Source of the DNA: Myxococcota bacterium
GTDB taxonomy: Bacteria > Myxococcota > JACRCW01
Reading direction: 5' to 3'
DNA: 37,160 bases
Assembly (NCBI GenBank): GCA_040752415.1
Contig: JBFMGU010000094.1
Coordinates: forward strand, 1 to 37,160
Below are positions 20,901 to 28,934 of this stretch, one piece after another; positions within the stretch are counted from its first letter, which is position 1, and every line of letters begins with the position of its first letter. Position numbers and translations under genes: made by a program. The notes under the pieces are model-generated. The model saw only the letters and a program-made list of their open reading frames with translations. It searched no databases and was not told the DNA's origin.

Positions 20901-21653
20901 AGCACCGAGCTGCGGCTGGTCCCCGACGACACCAGCGCCTCCGGCCCCGACTTCTCGCTCAGCGTGCTGCCGGCCTGCCCGCTGGCGGTGGTGCCGCCCA
21001 CGGCGTGCCTGCGCTCGGTGGAGCGGGAGGGCGCGGGGGGCACGGAGGTGCTGCGCATCCGTCCCACCGTCGACACCCCGGTGTACGTGCTGGTGGACGC
21101 GGCGGAGGCGGGGGAGCTGGGCGGCTTCACCCTGCACGCGCAGGAGTACCCGCAGCTGTGTGGCGACGGCGTGATCTCCGCCGGAGAGGCCTGTGACGAC
21201 GGCAACGCGGATTCCCTGGACGGCTGCAGCAGCACCTGTCAGCCCGAGCCGCCCACCCCGGAGGTGGAGCCCAACAACACCCGGGCCACCGCCACGCCCG
21301 GCGCGCCCTGGCGTTTCACCGGCGGCGTGGTCCTCCCCGACGAGGATTTCTTCACCTTCACGCTCCCGCGCACCGCCACGCTCTCCATCGAGACGGGGAC
21401 GCCGCAGGTGGCCGACTGCAGCACCGACGACGACTCCGACACCAACCTCACGCTGTATGACGCCGAGGGCTTCACGCTGGCCATCAACGACGACGACCCG
21501 CGCGGCACCAGCTACTGCTCCTTCCTGGGCCCGCCCTATGACGACGAGCTGGTGAGCCTGCCGCCCGGCGTCTACTACCTGCGCGTGGGGACCTACCCCT
21601 CGGGCAGCTACAGCGCGCCGAGCTACACGGTGTTCATCACGGTGGAGGACTGA
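17985..21653 (+). CDS. Large surface protein, probably lipoprotein: Ser-rich stalk, Cys-rich domain, three sets of beta module + CGDG repeat + PPC-like module
   Basis: GGAG then ATG 17985 (alternative 17979); signal ending ACARC; CGDG..E.CDDGN..GDGCS..C (Myxococcus Cys-rich/DUF4215-type); E.EPND..D.DWF.F..LTLYDA.G..L.PG.YYLRV PPC-like modules. Confidence 0.85.
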   Translation: MSRTAAWKLLLVALACARCTGGPDPGSGNAAGSSSSGGASVSGSSSSGTATTSSSSSASSSTSSSGAVSSASASSSSGSSSATASASSSSGSSSATSSASSSASSSSSGNITSSSGTASTSSGGKDAGVDCAVSAVAATDLLACFNGVAPACTSDVGAGEIRFDNGARITLRGSGFAEVQEYWSASSELCFRTEFRNGTRTLVDAQGCAARDSDGGTATSEGTLPGCDTVVPPPGRCAPIVVDGGTVAVSDGYCSAEAPYCCALPSEELGRCVTGGLCAVLGGTVVGTHPSAVVDAGTGSSGGGSQYQGGDPATCAAAPDLGTEGTPLLVDTAGAADAFNLAPAPGCAGSHAPDAVVRVHLRAGIPLRVRATPGDASLDVSVSAMAACPLAAGGSCLAGVDVEGAGLAETLVVRSAVDTDVYVVVDGFAPEDAGLVELVAEEVTEGCGDGVIASTVCSQETGPTVEQEFNDVRIRATPYAGGAADFLGTVPVDVYDEDWFNFLLEQPTTLSFRVESNAPGRACPNSLELQLYDAYGTSSITYVYGSLSDTCLQLDGFRDDEELVDLPAGLYYLRVLSVGYSAPDPGTQHTSYRVHVRTFAGGSAPACGAAQPVTVLPAGQTSNLHVDAPSVDVFNVGINQSCAPGSRAPDALFVVEIPPGTPLELRVVPDDTSASGPDLSLTIPSACPALRTSTTETYCLGAANESGRGGEEVLQLFNPGASPLTQHVLVDGVTWRDRGGFTVQVREPPVQCGDGIRAGPEGCDDGNAVEGDGCSADCRREAPTPEQEPNDTQGLATLDQGVVPFFQAALADRYDVDWFTFNLEVTSTLVIQVNAAGAPQECPYDLALTLFNANGQVAFDDDSGPDGRCPLLDGVTLHPALRNLAPGTYHLKLTTPYGYPAGELYDVRVVAVRGGDAQVCGAAPNLTPSNVGSAVAGDTTTGDNAFSLIRNNLCAGGVGRDAVYSVLLQGGVSTELRLVPDDTSASGPDFSLSVLPACPLAVVPPTACLRSVEREGAGGTEVLRIRPTVDTPVYVLVDAAEAGELGGFTLHAQEYPQLCGDGVISAGEACDDGNADSLDGCSSTCQPEPPTPEVEPNNTRATATPGAPWRFTGGVVLPDEDFFTFTLPRTATLSIETGTPQVADCSTDDDSDTNLTLYDAEGFTLAINDDDPRGTSYCSFLGPPYDDELVSLPPGVYYLRVGTYPSGSYSAPSYTVFITVED

Positions 21654-21666
21654 GGGGCGGTGGGGG

Positions 21667-21753
21667 AAAGGAAGTCAGAAGTCAGAAGGTGCTCGTTCGT
21701 CGTCGTCACGGGGACGTCTTCTGACTTCTGACTTCTGACTCCTGACTTCCTTT
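21667..21753. repeat. Inverted array of heptamer tandem repeats between convergent genes; possible bidirectional terminator
   Basis: AAAGGAAGTCAGAAGTCAGAAG (21667-21688) is complementary to CTTCTGACTTCTGACTTCTGACTCCTGACTTCCTTT (21718-21753); 2 versus 4 units; followed by a T run. Confidence 0.85.
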
Positions 21754-21769
21754 TGGGGAACCCCGGCCC

Positions 21770-24700
21770 TCACCGCCGGTAGCGCATCAACCCGGTGCCG
21801 CTGGTGAGCCCGCGCAGGAAGTAGAGCCCGCGCGTGCCCAGGCGGGGCCAGGCCGCGGCGCCCAGGTCCGTGGTGCCCAGCAGCGGACGGTGCGCGGGCG
21901 CCTCCATCAGCGGCACGCCACCCACGCGGTCCAGGCGCCACAACACCGCGGGCGTGGCGGTGACGTCGTAGGCCAGCAGGTCGCCGCGCGCATCCCGCGT
22001 GATGGCGGCCAGCGTGTGCTGGAAGACCTGCGCGGGCAGCCGGTAGGGCGCGCTGTCCACGCCGGGCCCACCCGCGGGGTCCACCGTGCGCACCACCACC
22101 TCCGCCAACGCCACCGTGCGCCCCTCCGGCTGCGGCGGCTCCTTGAGCACCACCAGCCCCCCCGGCAGTCCCGCGCGCGCGGCCACCAGCCCCACCACGC
22201 GCTCCCGGGTGGGCCGCAGTCCCCCGTCGGAAACCTGCTGCCCGGAGAAGTCCTCCCGCACCCATGCGCCGCCCTCGTCGCGGTGGAGCAGCACGGCGCC
22301 GCGGTCGCTGCGCGTCACCAGGACCTTCCCCTCCGCCACGAACAGGCCCTGCGCGCGCTCCACCGTCTGCACCGGCATCACCGCGGCGACGTTCGCCACC
22401 TCGTCAGCGGATTCAGGCGGGGGCAGCTCCAGCAGCAGCACGTGCGCGGTCTCGCCCTGCCAGCCCAGCACCACCAGCAGCTGCCCCTCCGCCATCAGCA
22501 GCGGACGCTGGGAGAGCGCGTAGGGCGAGAGGCGGGACACCTCCACGTCGGAGAGGACCGCGTCCGCCGACGTCACCGTGATCTCGCCCAGCTCCGGTCG
22601 GTCCCGCACCAGCACGCGCAGCTGGGGAGCTGCGGGCAGCCCCGCGTCGGGAGCCCACAGGCTGGCCACGTATTCCCCGCCCAGGAGCGTGGGTGCCAGG
22701 CGCACGCCACCCTCGGCCAGCGTGGTGATCACGGGCGGCTCCCCGCGCAGCTCCATGAGCTGGCAGCGCGGCGTCCCCACCACCGGGCACAGCGAGGTCA
22801 CCGCCGTCTCCCCGACGACGTCGAAGCCCACCGACTGGCGCTCCCCGCCGGCGTGCAGCGGCAACAGGCTGGAGAGCGTGCGGTGGATGAGCTGGCCGCC
22901 GGTGGCGGGGGTCTGGTTCCACAGGAAGAGCTCGTCGTGGTCCAGGCTGAGCGCGCGCACCTCCGACGGGGCGCCGAGTCGGGTGAGCTCCACGCCGCCG
23001 CGCGCGTCGCGGGTCAGCGCGTACACCCGCACCTCGGTCCGTCCGGCGCCAAACCCGTACGCGGCCAGCCGGTCCCCGCTGAAGGCGGCGTGCTCCACGC
23101 GCAGCGGGTCGGTGGGCTGGTCCAGCTCCAGGACGGCCTGCGCCGGGACGGGCGGCGGCCACGGCGTGGTGCGCACCTCGTACACGCGCCCCGACAGGCC
23201 CTGCTCGTCGGTCTCCAGCCAGCGCAGCGCGCCGTCGACCGCGGCGGTGGCCACCAAGCGGCGCCCCGTCTCCACGAGGTGCAGCGCGGTCAGCTCGCCC
23301 AGGTCCGGCGCGCCGTCGGGGCCCAGCGTGCCACCCACCACCGCCTGCCGCGCCGGCCCGCTGGGCTGTTGCGCCACGCGCACCGCCAGCGCCGCCTCCG
23401 AGGAGAGGGCGAGCTGCTGGTAGCCCACCGTGTCGGCGAGCTCCAGGCGGAGGTGACACACCGGCGCGCTGGTGGCCACGGTGTTCACCTGCAGCACCGA
23501 GGTCTCCGACTGGCGCTGGATGAACGCGTCGGAGCTGCCCTCCAGCGTGCCCAGCACCCCCAGCGCGTCGGGGAGCGGTGCGCCCTGGTAGACCTGCGCG
23601 CCGTCGCCGGGCCAGGTGAGGGGCTGCGGGCCCACGTCGGTGAGCGGCTCCGGGCCCAGCGTCAGCACGTAGTAGCGGTCCGCGCGCAACAGCAGGCCGG
23701 GGAAGCTGTCGGCCACTGCCTCGCTGCAGCCGCCCGCGCGCGCGGCGCAGTCCAGCAGCGTGGGGTCGCTGGGCTTGAACCAGGTGCCGCCCAGGTAGGT
23801 TCCGTCGACGCTGTAGGCGTCCACCCCAGTGGGGATGCGGCGGTATTCGCCAAACGGCACCGTGTCCACGCGCTCCCACACCTGCAGCTCCAGCAGGTCC
23901 AGCAGGCCGCGACCGGGCACGTGCACGTTGGTGACCAGCTTGTCCTCGCTGGGATGCAGCACCACCGCGCACGGGAAGCTGCGCGCCACCGGACCCTCCT
24001 CCGTCCCGCCCAGGCCCGCCTGACGTCGGGGCGAGGGCTCGGAGAGGAGGAGCTGCTGATTGTCGTCGTGGGGCGGCAGGCTCTGGCCCAGCGCGTCGTG
24101 CCAGCGGTCGCGCGGGCCGTCGCGGTACTGCGGCTCATGGTCGGGGCCGAAGTCCACCGCGGTGATGCCCGCCTCGGTGCCCTCGCGGTCCTGCAGGAGG
24201 AGCTCCAGCGCCGGCACCAGCTCGTCGACGTTGGGCGGCAGCACCACCTCCGGGTCGTTGTCCACGCCGCTCAGCTCCGTGCGCAGCAGCGTCTCCTCGG
24301 AGCCGGTGATGCCCCGACGGGTGACCAGCGCCGGGCCCTCCAGCGGTCCCAGCTCGTCGGGACGCGGGACCAGCGGGAAGGTGGCGGTGACCCCGCTGGG
24401 AACGATCACGCCCACCACCAGGTCCTCGCGGTAGCCGCCGTAGGTGTTGAGGTACACCTGGGACATGCCCAGTTCCTCGAAGTCGTCGTAGGGGCCGGAG
24501 CGGCTGTTGGCGGGCATGGTGTGCCACTCCCCGCCCGCGTACGGCTGCGCCAGCACGCCCGCGGTCTCGTCCTGGGCGAGGTAGAAGTCGTCCGGCTCGG
24601 AGCTGACGTAGAAGCCGCTGGAGAGCAGCGTTCCCGTCGGGACGCCCTGCAGGCGCAGGTTGGCGCCGCGCACGTTGATGATGGTGTTGCTGCGCAGCCG

Positions 24701-27700
24701 CGCCCGCAGGCCCACCAGGTACGGACCGGTCACCGTCAGCTCCGCCACCTCGGGAGCATTGCGCTCGGCGGTGCGGAACGTGGTGGCGCCCGCGCCGCCC
24801 ACGAGGATGGTGCGCCCGTTGGTGGCCGACTCCCGCGGGGCCTCCCGCAGCTCCGGCGCCCAGGCGAGCCAGCTGGCCTGGCAACGCAGGTTGCCGCGCG
24901 TCTGGCAGTCGATGAGGTCCCAGGGGGCGATGGCGGGGGAGCGGATGTCATACCGGCCGTTGCCGTCGGGCCAGGCCATCACCGCAAAGGGCACGGGCTG
25001 GATGCCCAGGCAGATGGGATAGCCACCGCCCACGCCGTCCACAAAGCCGTGCACGTGCTCCAGCCAGCTCAGCGCGCCGCCGCCCGCGCCCACCGCGCCC
25101 AGCGTCTGCCGCGACGAGAACGCCGAGGGATACGCGAAGTACGCCTCCAGGTCCTGGCGGTTGTTCTCCGGCAGCGTCAGGCGACGCACCATGCCGCCCA
25201 CCGTGGCGGCCTTGTCGTCGAGTCCCACGGGACCCAGGTCGGTGGGCTGCGCCAGCAGGTAGACGTGCTCGTCGGTGTCGCGCTCGGGCTCCTCGCCGCA
25301 GTCATGCAGCACGCCGGGCGGCGGGTTCACCGGGCCCACGTGCATCAGCGCCACGCCGCTGGTGGAGGCCAGGCGCGGGTTGTCGACGGGACGCAGCGTC
25401 ATGGTGGCGGGGAGGCTGGTGAGCACCCGGCTGCCGGCGCGCTGCACGGAGACCTCGGCGGGCGCCTGGCTCACGTTGCCGGCGGCATCCACGGCGCGGA
25501 TCTCCACTGTCGTCGTCACCGGGCCGTCCAGCAGCGGCGTGGCGTCGTCCTCCAGCGTCACCAGGAAGGGCGGGCCGGGGAGGTCCACGTAGTCGTGCAG
25601 GGCGGGACCGCCGCGCACCTGGTGGCGCTCCGGCCCGACGGGACAGACCAGCGTGCGGTTCCCCAGCGCGCCCACGCCCAGCACCGGCTCGGCGCAGCCC
25701 ACCGGGTTCTCGTCGCACAGGGTCAAGAGCGGCCCGGTCCCGGAGCGACACGCCTGCTGCTTGAGCCACACCAGCGCCTCCGGGCCGCTCACGTCCATGA
25801 CCGCCACCGCGGCGGTGGGCGAGGCGGGCGGCACCTGATCCAGCACCGTGAGCCGACACGAGGCCTCCGAGAGGTTCCCCGCCTGGTCGCGCGTGCGCGC
25901 GCAGACGTGGTTGAGCGTGCTGGGATTGGCGGCGGGCCCGCCCACGTTGGCCACCAGCGCCACCACGAAGCCGTCCACGCCGGAGGCAGGGGCCCAGTCG
26001 TCGACGTCGGGGCAGAGGGGGACGCCGGGCACGTCGCGCTGGGTGCAGATCTCGTAGCGCAGGAAGCTGGGGTCGGTGAGGTGCGGCACCTCGTCCTGGA
26101 AGCTGAGCCGCACGGTGACCTGGTCCTGGTTGGTGAACGGCGGCGGCGCGCCCTCCAGCAGCACCGGCGCCGGCGCGGTGAGGTCCAGCACGAACACCTC
26201 GGTGCGTGGGGTGCCGGTGTTGCCCAGCGCGTCGCGCGCGCTCACCGTGACCAGGAACGTGCCGTAGGAGGCAAACCGCGTGCTCCCCGCGCTCTCCGGG
26301 AGCAGCGTGATCTCGCCCGGCAGGAGCGACTCCACCGGCAGCGGCGCGCGCGGTCCGTCGAGGGTGACCGCGGTGAAGGAGGCTCCGTCGGTGGGCACGC
26401 TGCGCACGTGCTGGCCCACGCCGGTGACCTGCTCCGCCAACGGCTCCTGCGCGTTGGGGATGGGCTCCACGCGCACGTCCAGCTCCGTGGCGCCGGCCAC
26501 CGGCGGGATGCGCAGCGCCACCGGCAGCGCGGTGGGCGAGGGCACGGCCAGGTAGGGCGGCGCGGGCGGTCCCGCGGTGTCCACCTCGAAGAGGTGCGTG
26601 GCACTGGTGGCGAGCAGACCCGCGGCATCCTGGCTCACCACCCGCCACCGGTAGACGCCGTCCACCAGCGCGAACGGCGCGGTCAACCGCAGCGCGCCCT
26701 CGTCGGGAACCGGCGCGGCCGCACCCAACGGGAGCAGCGTGCTGAAGTCGGTCCCCGCGCTCAGCTCCACGCGCCAGGCCACCGGGCTCCCCGCGACGTC
26801 GGGCGCGGGGGTGAAGCGGAAGGCGGGGCGCGGGTCGTTGGTGCGCGCGTCGAGGCCGGAGCCGGGCACCCCCAGCAACGCGCTCCTTCCCGGCGTGGCC
26901 GCGCGCAGCTCCAGCAGCGTGGCGGCGGAGGGCGGGGTGGTGTCGCGGGTGATGGTGGCGGCAAAGACGTCGGCCTCGACGAGGGGCGTCTCGTTGCCGG
27001 CGCCGTCGCGGACGCGCACGCGCACGCGGGTGGTCCCGTCGGAGAGGGGCAGGCTGACCTGGGTGGTGAGTCGGAACAGGCCGGGCAGTGCGTCCACCGG
27101 CGTGAAGGGCGTGAGCTCGGGATCGTCGTCGCCAGTGAGGACCTGCAGCGCGCGCACGCCGCTGTGGTCGGAGGCTTCCACGGTGAGCGGCACGGTGGGC
27201 GCGCTGGTGGCCAGGTAGGCGTGGCCCTCGTTGAGTGTGACGGAGAGCAGCACGGGCGCGGTGTGGTCGTAGAGCACGTCGACGGAGAACACCGGGCTGG
27301 TGAGACAGCCCCGCCGCAACTGCACGAACACCGTGCGCAGCCCCTCCTCGCCGCCCAGGTCCAGCGCGGTCTGTGGCGCGTAGCTGGTCCACGGCGCCGG
27401 CGTCCCGTGCGAGCCGAAGGTGGCGTCCAGCCCCACGCGCATCTCGTCCATGCCCGCCATGGGGAGCACGTGCACGACGACGCTGGCGGTGCGCGTGGCG
27501 CTGGCCGGCTTCACTCCCGCCGCCTCGATCACCACCGCCGCGGTGTCCGGCTGCAACGAGAGTGCGCGGGGGAGTTCCACGGCGGCGTCGCGCGGGACGT
27601 CCACCACGTCGCTGGCATCCACGGTGGCGCCGGAAGCCTGGGCCAGCACCACGTAGGCGCCCGGCGTCACCGCGCCAAAGAAGAACTGCCCGCCCGCGCC

Positions 27701-28198
27701 CGTGGGTTGCTGCGCCACCACCCCGCCGCACACTCCGTTGTCGTCGGCGAGGCGCAGTGTCACCAGCACGCCGTCGGCGGCCAGCCCCCCGTTCACCTCC
27801 ACGCGCCCCTTCACCGACGCAGTGGGCGGCGGCGTCTGCAACACCAGCCGACCCACGTCCACCTGCTCCCCCGGCGCCATCTCCAGCGGCCCGGCCGCCG
27901 CGGGTGCGTAGAAGCTGCCCTGGGCGCGCAACCGGTACGTCCCGCTCTCCACCTCGAAGCTGAACGCGTCCCCCGTCGTGCCTCCCAGGGTGCGCGTGTC
28001 CAGCACGTTGGCGCCGTTCTCGTCGAGCAGCACCACCTCGATGCCGCTGGGGTCCGCCCGGTCCGGGTAGGCGGCGCTGCCCTGGATGAGGGCCTTGGCG
28101 CGCACCGCGGCGGGGCTCTGCGGGTCGTAGGGGTTGGTGGCCGGGACCGCCAGGCAGCCCGTTGTCAGCACCAGTCCACACCACCACCACGCACGCAT
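21770..28198 (-). CDS. Giant lipoprotein (2142 aa): carboxypeptidase-regulatory-like domains, Ig-like repeats, beta-rich C-terminal half
   Basis: GGAGG before ATG 28198; lipobox TTGC followed by NPYDP; G.Y.L.A..G prealbumin-like domains; repeated D.TAP..(R/V)D.AGN Ig-like motifs; strong GC3 bias in this frame. Confidence 0.85.
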   Translation of the reverse strand: MRAWWWCGLVLTTGCLAVPATNPYDPQSPAAVRAKALIQGSAAYPDRADPSGIEVVLLDENGANVLDTRTLGGTTGDAFSFEVESGTYRLRAQGSFYAPAAAGPLEMAPGEQVDVGRLVLQTPPPTASVKGRVEVNGGLAADGVLVTLRLADDNGVCGGVVAQQPTGAGGQFFFGAVTPGAYVVLAQASGATVDASDVVDVPRDAAVELPRALSLQPDTAAVVIEAAGVKPASATRTASVVVHVLPMAGMDEMRVGLDATFGSHGTPAPWTSYAPQTALDLGGEEGLRTVFVQLRRGCLTSPVFSVDVLYDHTAPVLLSVTLNEGHAYLATSAPTVPLTVEASDHSGVRALQVLTGDDDPELTPFTPVDALPGLFRLTTQVSLPLSDGTTRVRVRVRDGAGNETPLVEADVFAATITRDTTPPSAATLLELRAATPGRSALLGVPGSGLDARTNDPRPAFRFTPAPDVAGSPVAWRVELSAGTDFSTLLPLGAAAPVPDEGALRLTAPFALVDGVYRWRVVSQDAAGLLATSATHLFEVDTAGPPAPPYLAVPSPTALPVALRIPPVAGATELDVRVEPIPNAQEPLAEQVTGVGQHVRSVPTDGASFTAVTLDGPRAPLPVESLLPGEITLLPESAGSTRFASYGTFLVTVSARDALGNTGTPRTEVFVLDLTAPAPVLLEGAPPPFTNQDQVTVRLSFQDEVPHLTDPSFLRYEICTQRDVPGVPLCPDVDDWAPASGVDGFVVALVANVGGPAANPSTLNHVCARTRDQAGNLSEASCRLTVLDQVPPASPTAAVAVMDVSGPEALVWLKQQACRSGTGPLLTLCDENPVGCAEPVLGVGALGNRTLVCPVGPERHQVRGGPALHDYVDLPGPPFLVTLEDDATPLLDGPVTTTVEIRAVDAAGNVSQAPAEVSVQRAGSRVLTSLPATMTLRPVDNPRLASTSGVALMHVGPVNPPPGVLHDCGEEPERDTDEHVYLLAQPTDLGPVGLDDKAATVGGMVRRLTLPENNRQDLEAYFAYPSAFSSRQTLGAVGAGGGALSWLEHVHGFVDGVGGGYPICLGIQPVPFAVMAWPDGNGRYDIRSPAIAPWDLIDCQTRGNLRCQASWLAWAPELREAPRESATNGRTILVGGAGATTFRTAERNAPEVAELTVTGPYLVGLRARLRSNTIINVRGANLRLQGVPTGTLLSSGFYVSSEPDDFYLAQDETAGVLAQPYAGGEWHTMPANSRSGPYDDFEELGMSQVYLNTYGGYREDLVVGVIVPSGVTATFPLVPRPDELGPLEGPALVTRRGITGSEETLLRTELSGVDNDPEVVLPPNVDELVPALELLLQDREGTEAGITAVDFGPDHEPQYRDGPRDRWHDALGQSLPPHDDNQQLLLSEPSPRRQAGLGGTEEGPVARSFPCAVVLHPSEDKLVTNVHVPGRGLLDLLELQVWERVDTVPFGEYRRIPTGVDAYSVDGTYLGGTWFKPSDPTLLDCAARAGGCSEAVADSFPGLLLRADRYYVLTLGPEPLTDVGPQPLTWPGDGAQVYQGAPLPDALGVLGTLEGSSDAFIQRQSETSVLQVNTVATSAPVCHLRLELADTVGYQQLALSSEAALAVRVAQQPSGPARQAVVGGTLGPDGAPDLGELTALHLVETGRRLVATAAVDGALRWLETDEQGLSGRVYEVRTTPWPPPVPAQAVLELDQPTDPLRVEHAAFSGDRLAAYGFGAGRTEVRVYALTRDARGGVELTRLGAPSEVRALSLDHDELFLWNQTPATGGQLIHRTLSSLLPLHAGGERQSVGFDVVGETAVTSLCPVVGTPRCQLMELRGEPPVITTLAEGGVRLAPTLLGGEYVASLWAPDAGLPAAPQLRVLVRDRPELGEITVTSADAVLSDVEVSRLSPYALSQRPLLMAEGQLLVVLGWQGETAHVLLLELPPPESADEVANVAAVMPVQTVERAQGLFVAEGKVLVTRSDRGAVLLHRDEGGAWVREDFSGQQVSDGGLRPTRERVVGLVAARAGLPGGLVVLKEPPQPEGRTVALAEVVVRTVDPAGGPGVDSAPYRLPAQVFQHTLAAITRDARGDLLAYDVTATPAVLWRLDRVGGVPLMEAPAHRPLLGTTDLGAAAWPRLGTRGLYFLRGLTSGTGLMRYRR

Positions 28199-28434
28199 GC
28201 CACGCCTCCGCCACGCCAACATCGAGGCGGAACCATAGCTGCCGCGCCCCGGACGTGTCGCACCTCCGCACGCCGTGGGCGTTCTGAAACGCTGACGCGG
28301 GCATTCCCGCCCGGGGGGCGCGGTCCCTGGCGCGTCCCGTCATCCTGTGGCGCGAGCGTCACCCGGAGGGTCGCGGGGCCTGGGTTCACGACGTGGCGGG
28401 GGCGACTGGAACACGGCCATCCGGCATGGTCCCG

Positions 28435-28619
28435 ACGGTGACCCGGGCTTTCCCACCGGGGACACCAGGACGCGCACCGGTGACACGGCGAAGGCACCCG
28501 GTGACGGTTACCGGCGGGTGTCGGCGCGTTACCGGCCGGTGTCGGCGCGTTACCGGCGCGTGTCGACGCGTTACCGGCGGGTGTCGGCGCGTCACCGGCG
28601 GGTGTTGGCGCGTTACCGG
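28435..28619. repeat. Head-to-head arrays with 21-bp period
   Basis: Five full GTYACCGGCGGGTGTCGGCGC-like units at 28507, 28528, 28549, 28570, 28591 plus a partial at 28612; four degenerate inverted cores (CCGGTGAC-like) at 28435, 28456, 28477, 28498. Confidence 0.88.
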
Positions 28620-28934
28620 TTCACGGGGTGGGGCTACCTGCCCGTGACGACGAGGCGGTAGTCGTCCTTCCGGACGGGTCGGTCTGGGCCTGCGTGACCC
28701 CGGACCCACGAGGCGCCCACGTCGAGCGGTGTCGCGCCCGTGCCGTCGGGCCCAACGGTCGAGGTTGCGTCAAAGAAGGATTCACAGCTCCGTGGCGTGG
28801 TCCCGAAGTCTTCTCAAGTCGTTGCCGGTTCGTGCCGCTCCACGGCAGGCAACTCGCCTCAGGTTCCAGGAACCCACAGGCGCGCCGCGGTCGAATGCCC
28901 AAAGCCAACGCCCACAACCCTTGGGGGAACCCTC

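Noticed and set aside
21890..28441. 2183-aa plus-strand ORF (also 9143-12271, 17100-21137, 31946-34633, 1618-3114, 256-1569, 34920-36650)
   Set aside because: Antisense shadows of real genes, expected in high-GC DNA; Arg/His/Gly-rich with no motifs.
28507..28619. Possible CRISPR array
   Set aside because: Units are contiguous 21-mers with no unique spacers and no cas genes are nearby.
28347..28709. Short heptad-repeat ORFs (VSARYRR, RRVTGGC, PVTRRHP)
   Set aside because: Several frames on both strands are open simply because the repeat lacks stops; no convincing SD or codon bias.
28760..28934. Possible c-di-GMP riboswitch in the leader of the LTD/Calx-beta gene
   Set aside because: The GEMM consensus (GCAAA tetraloop-receptor pattern) is not present by eye; an Rfam scan would settle it.
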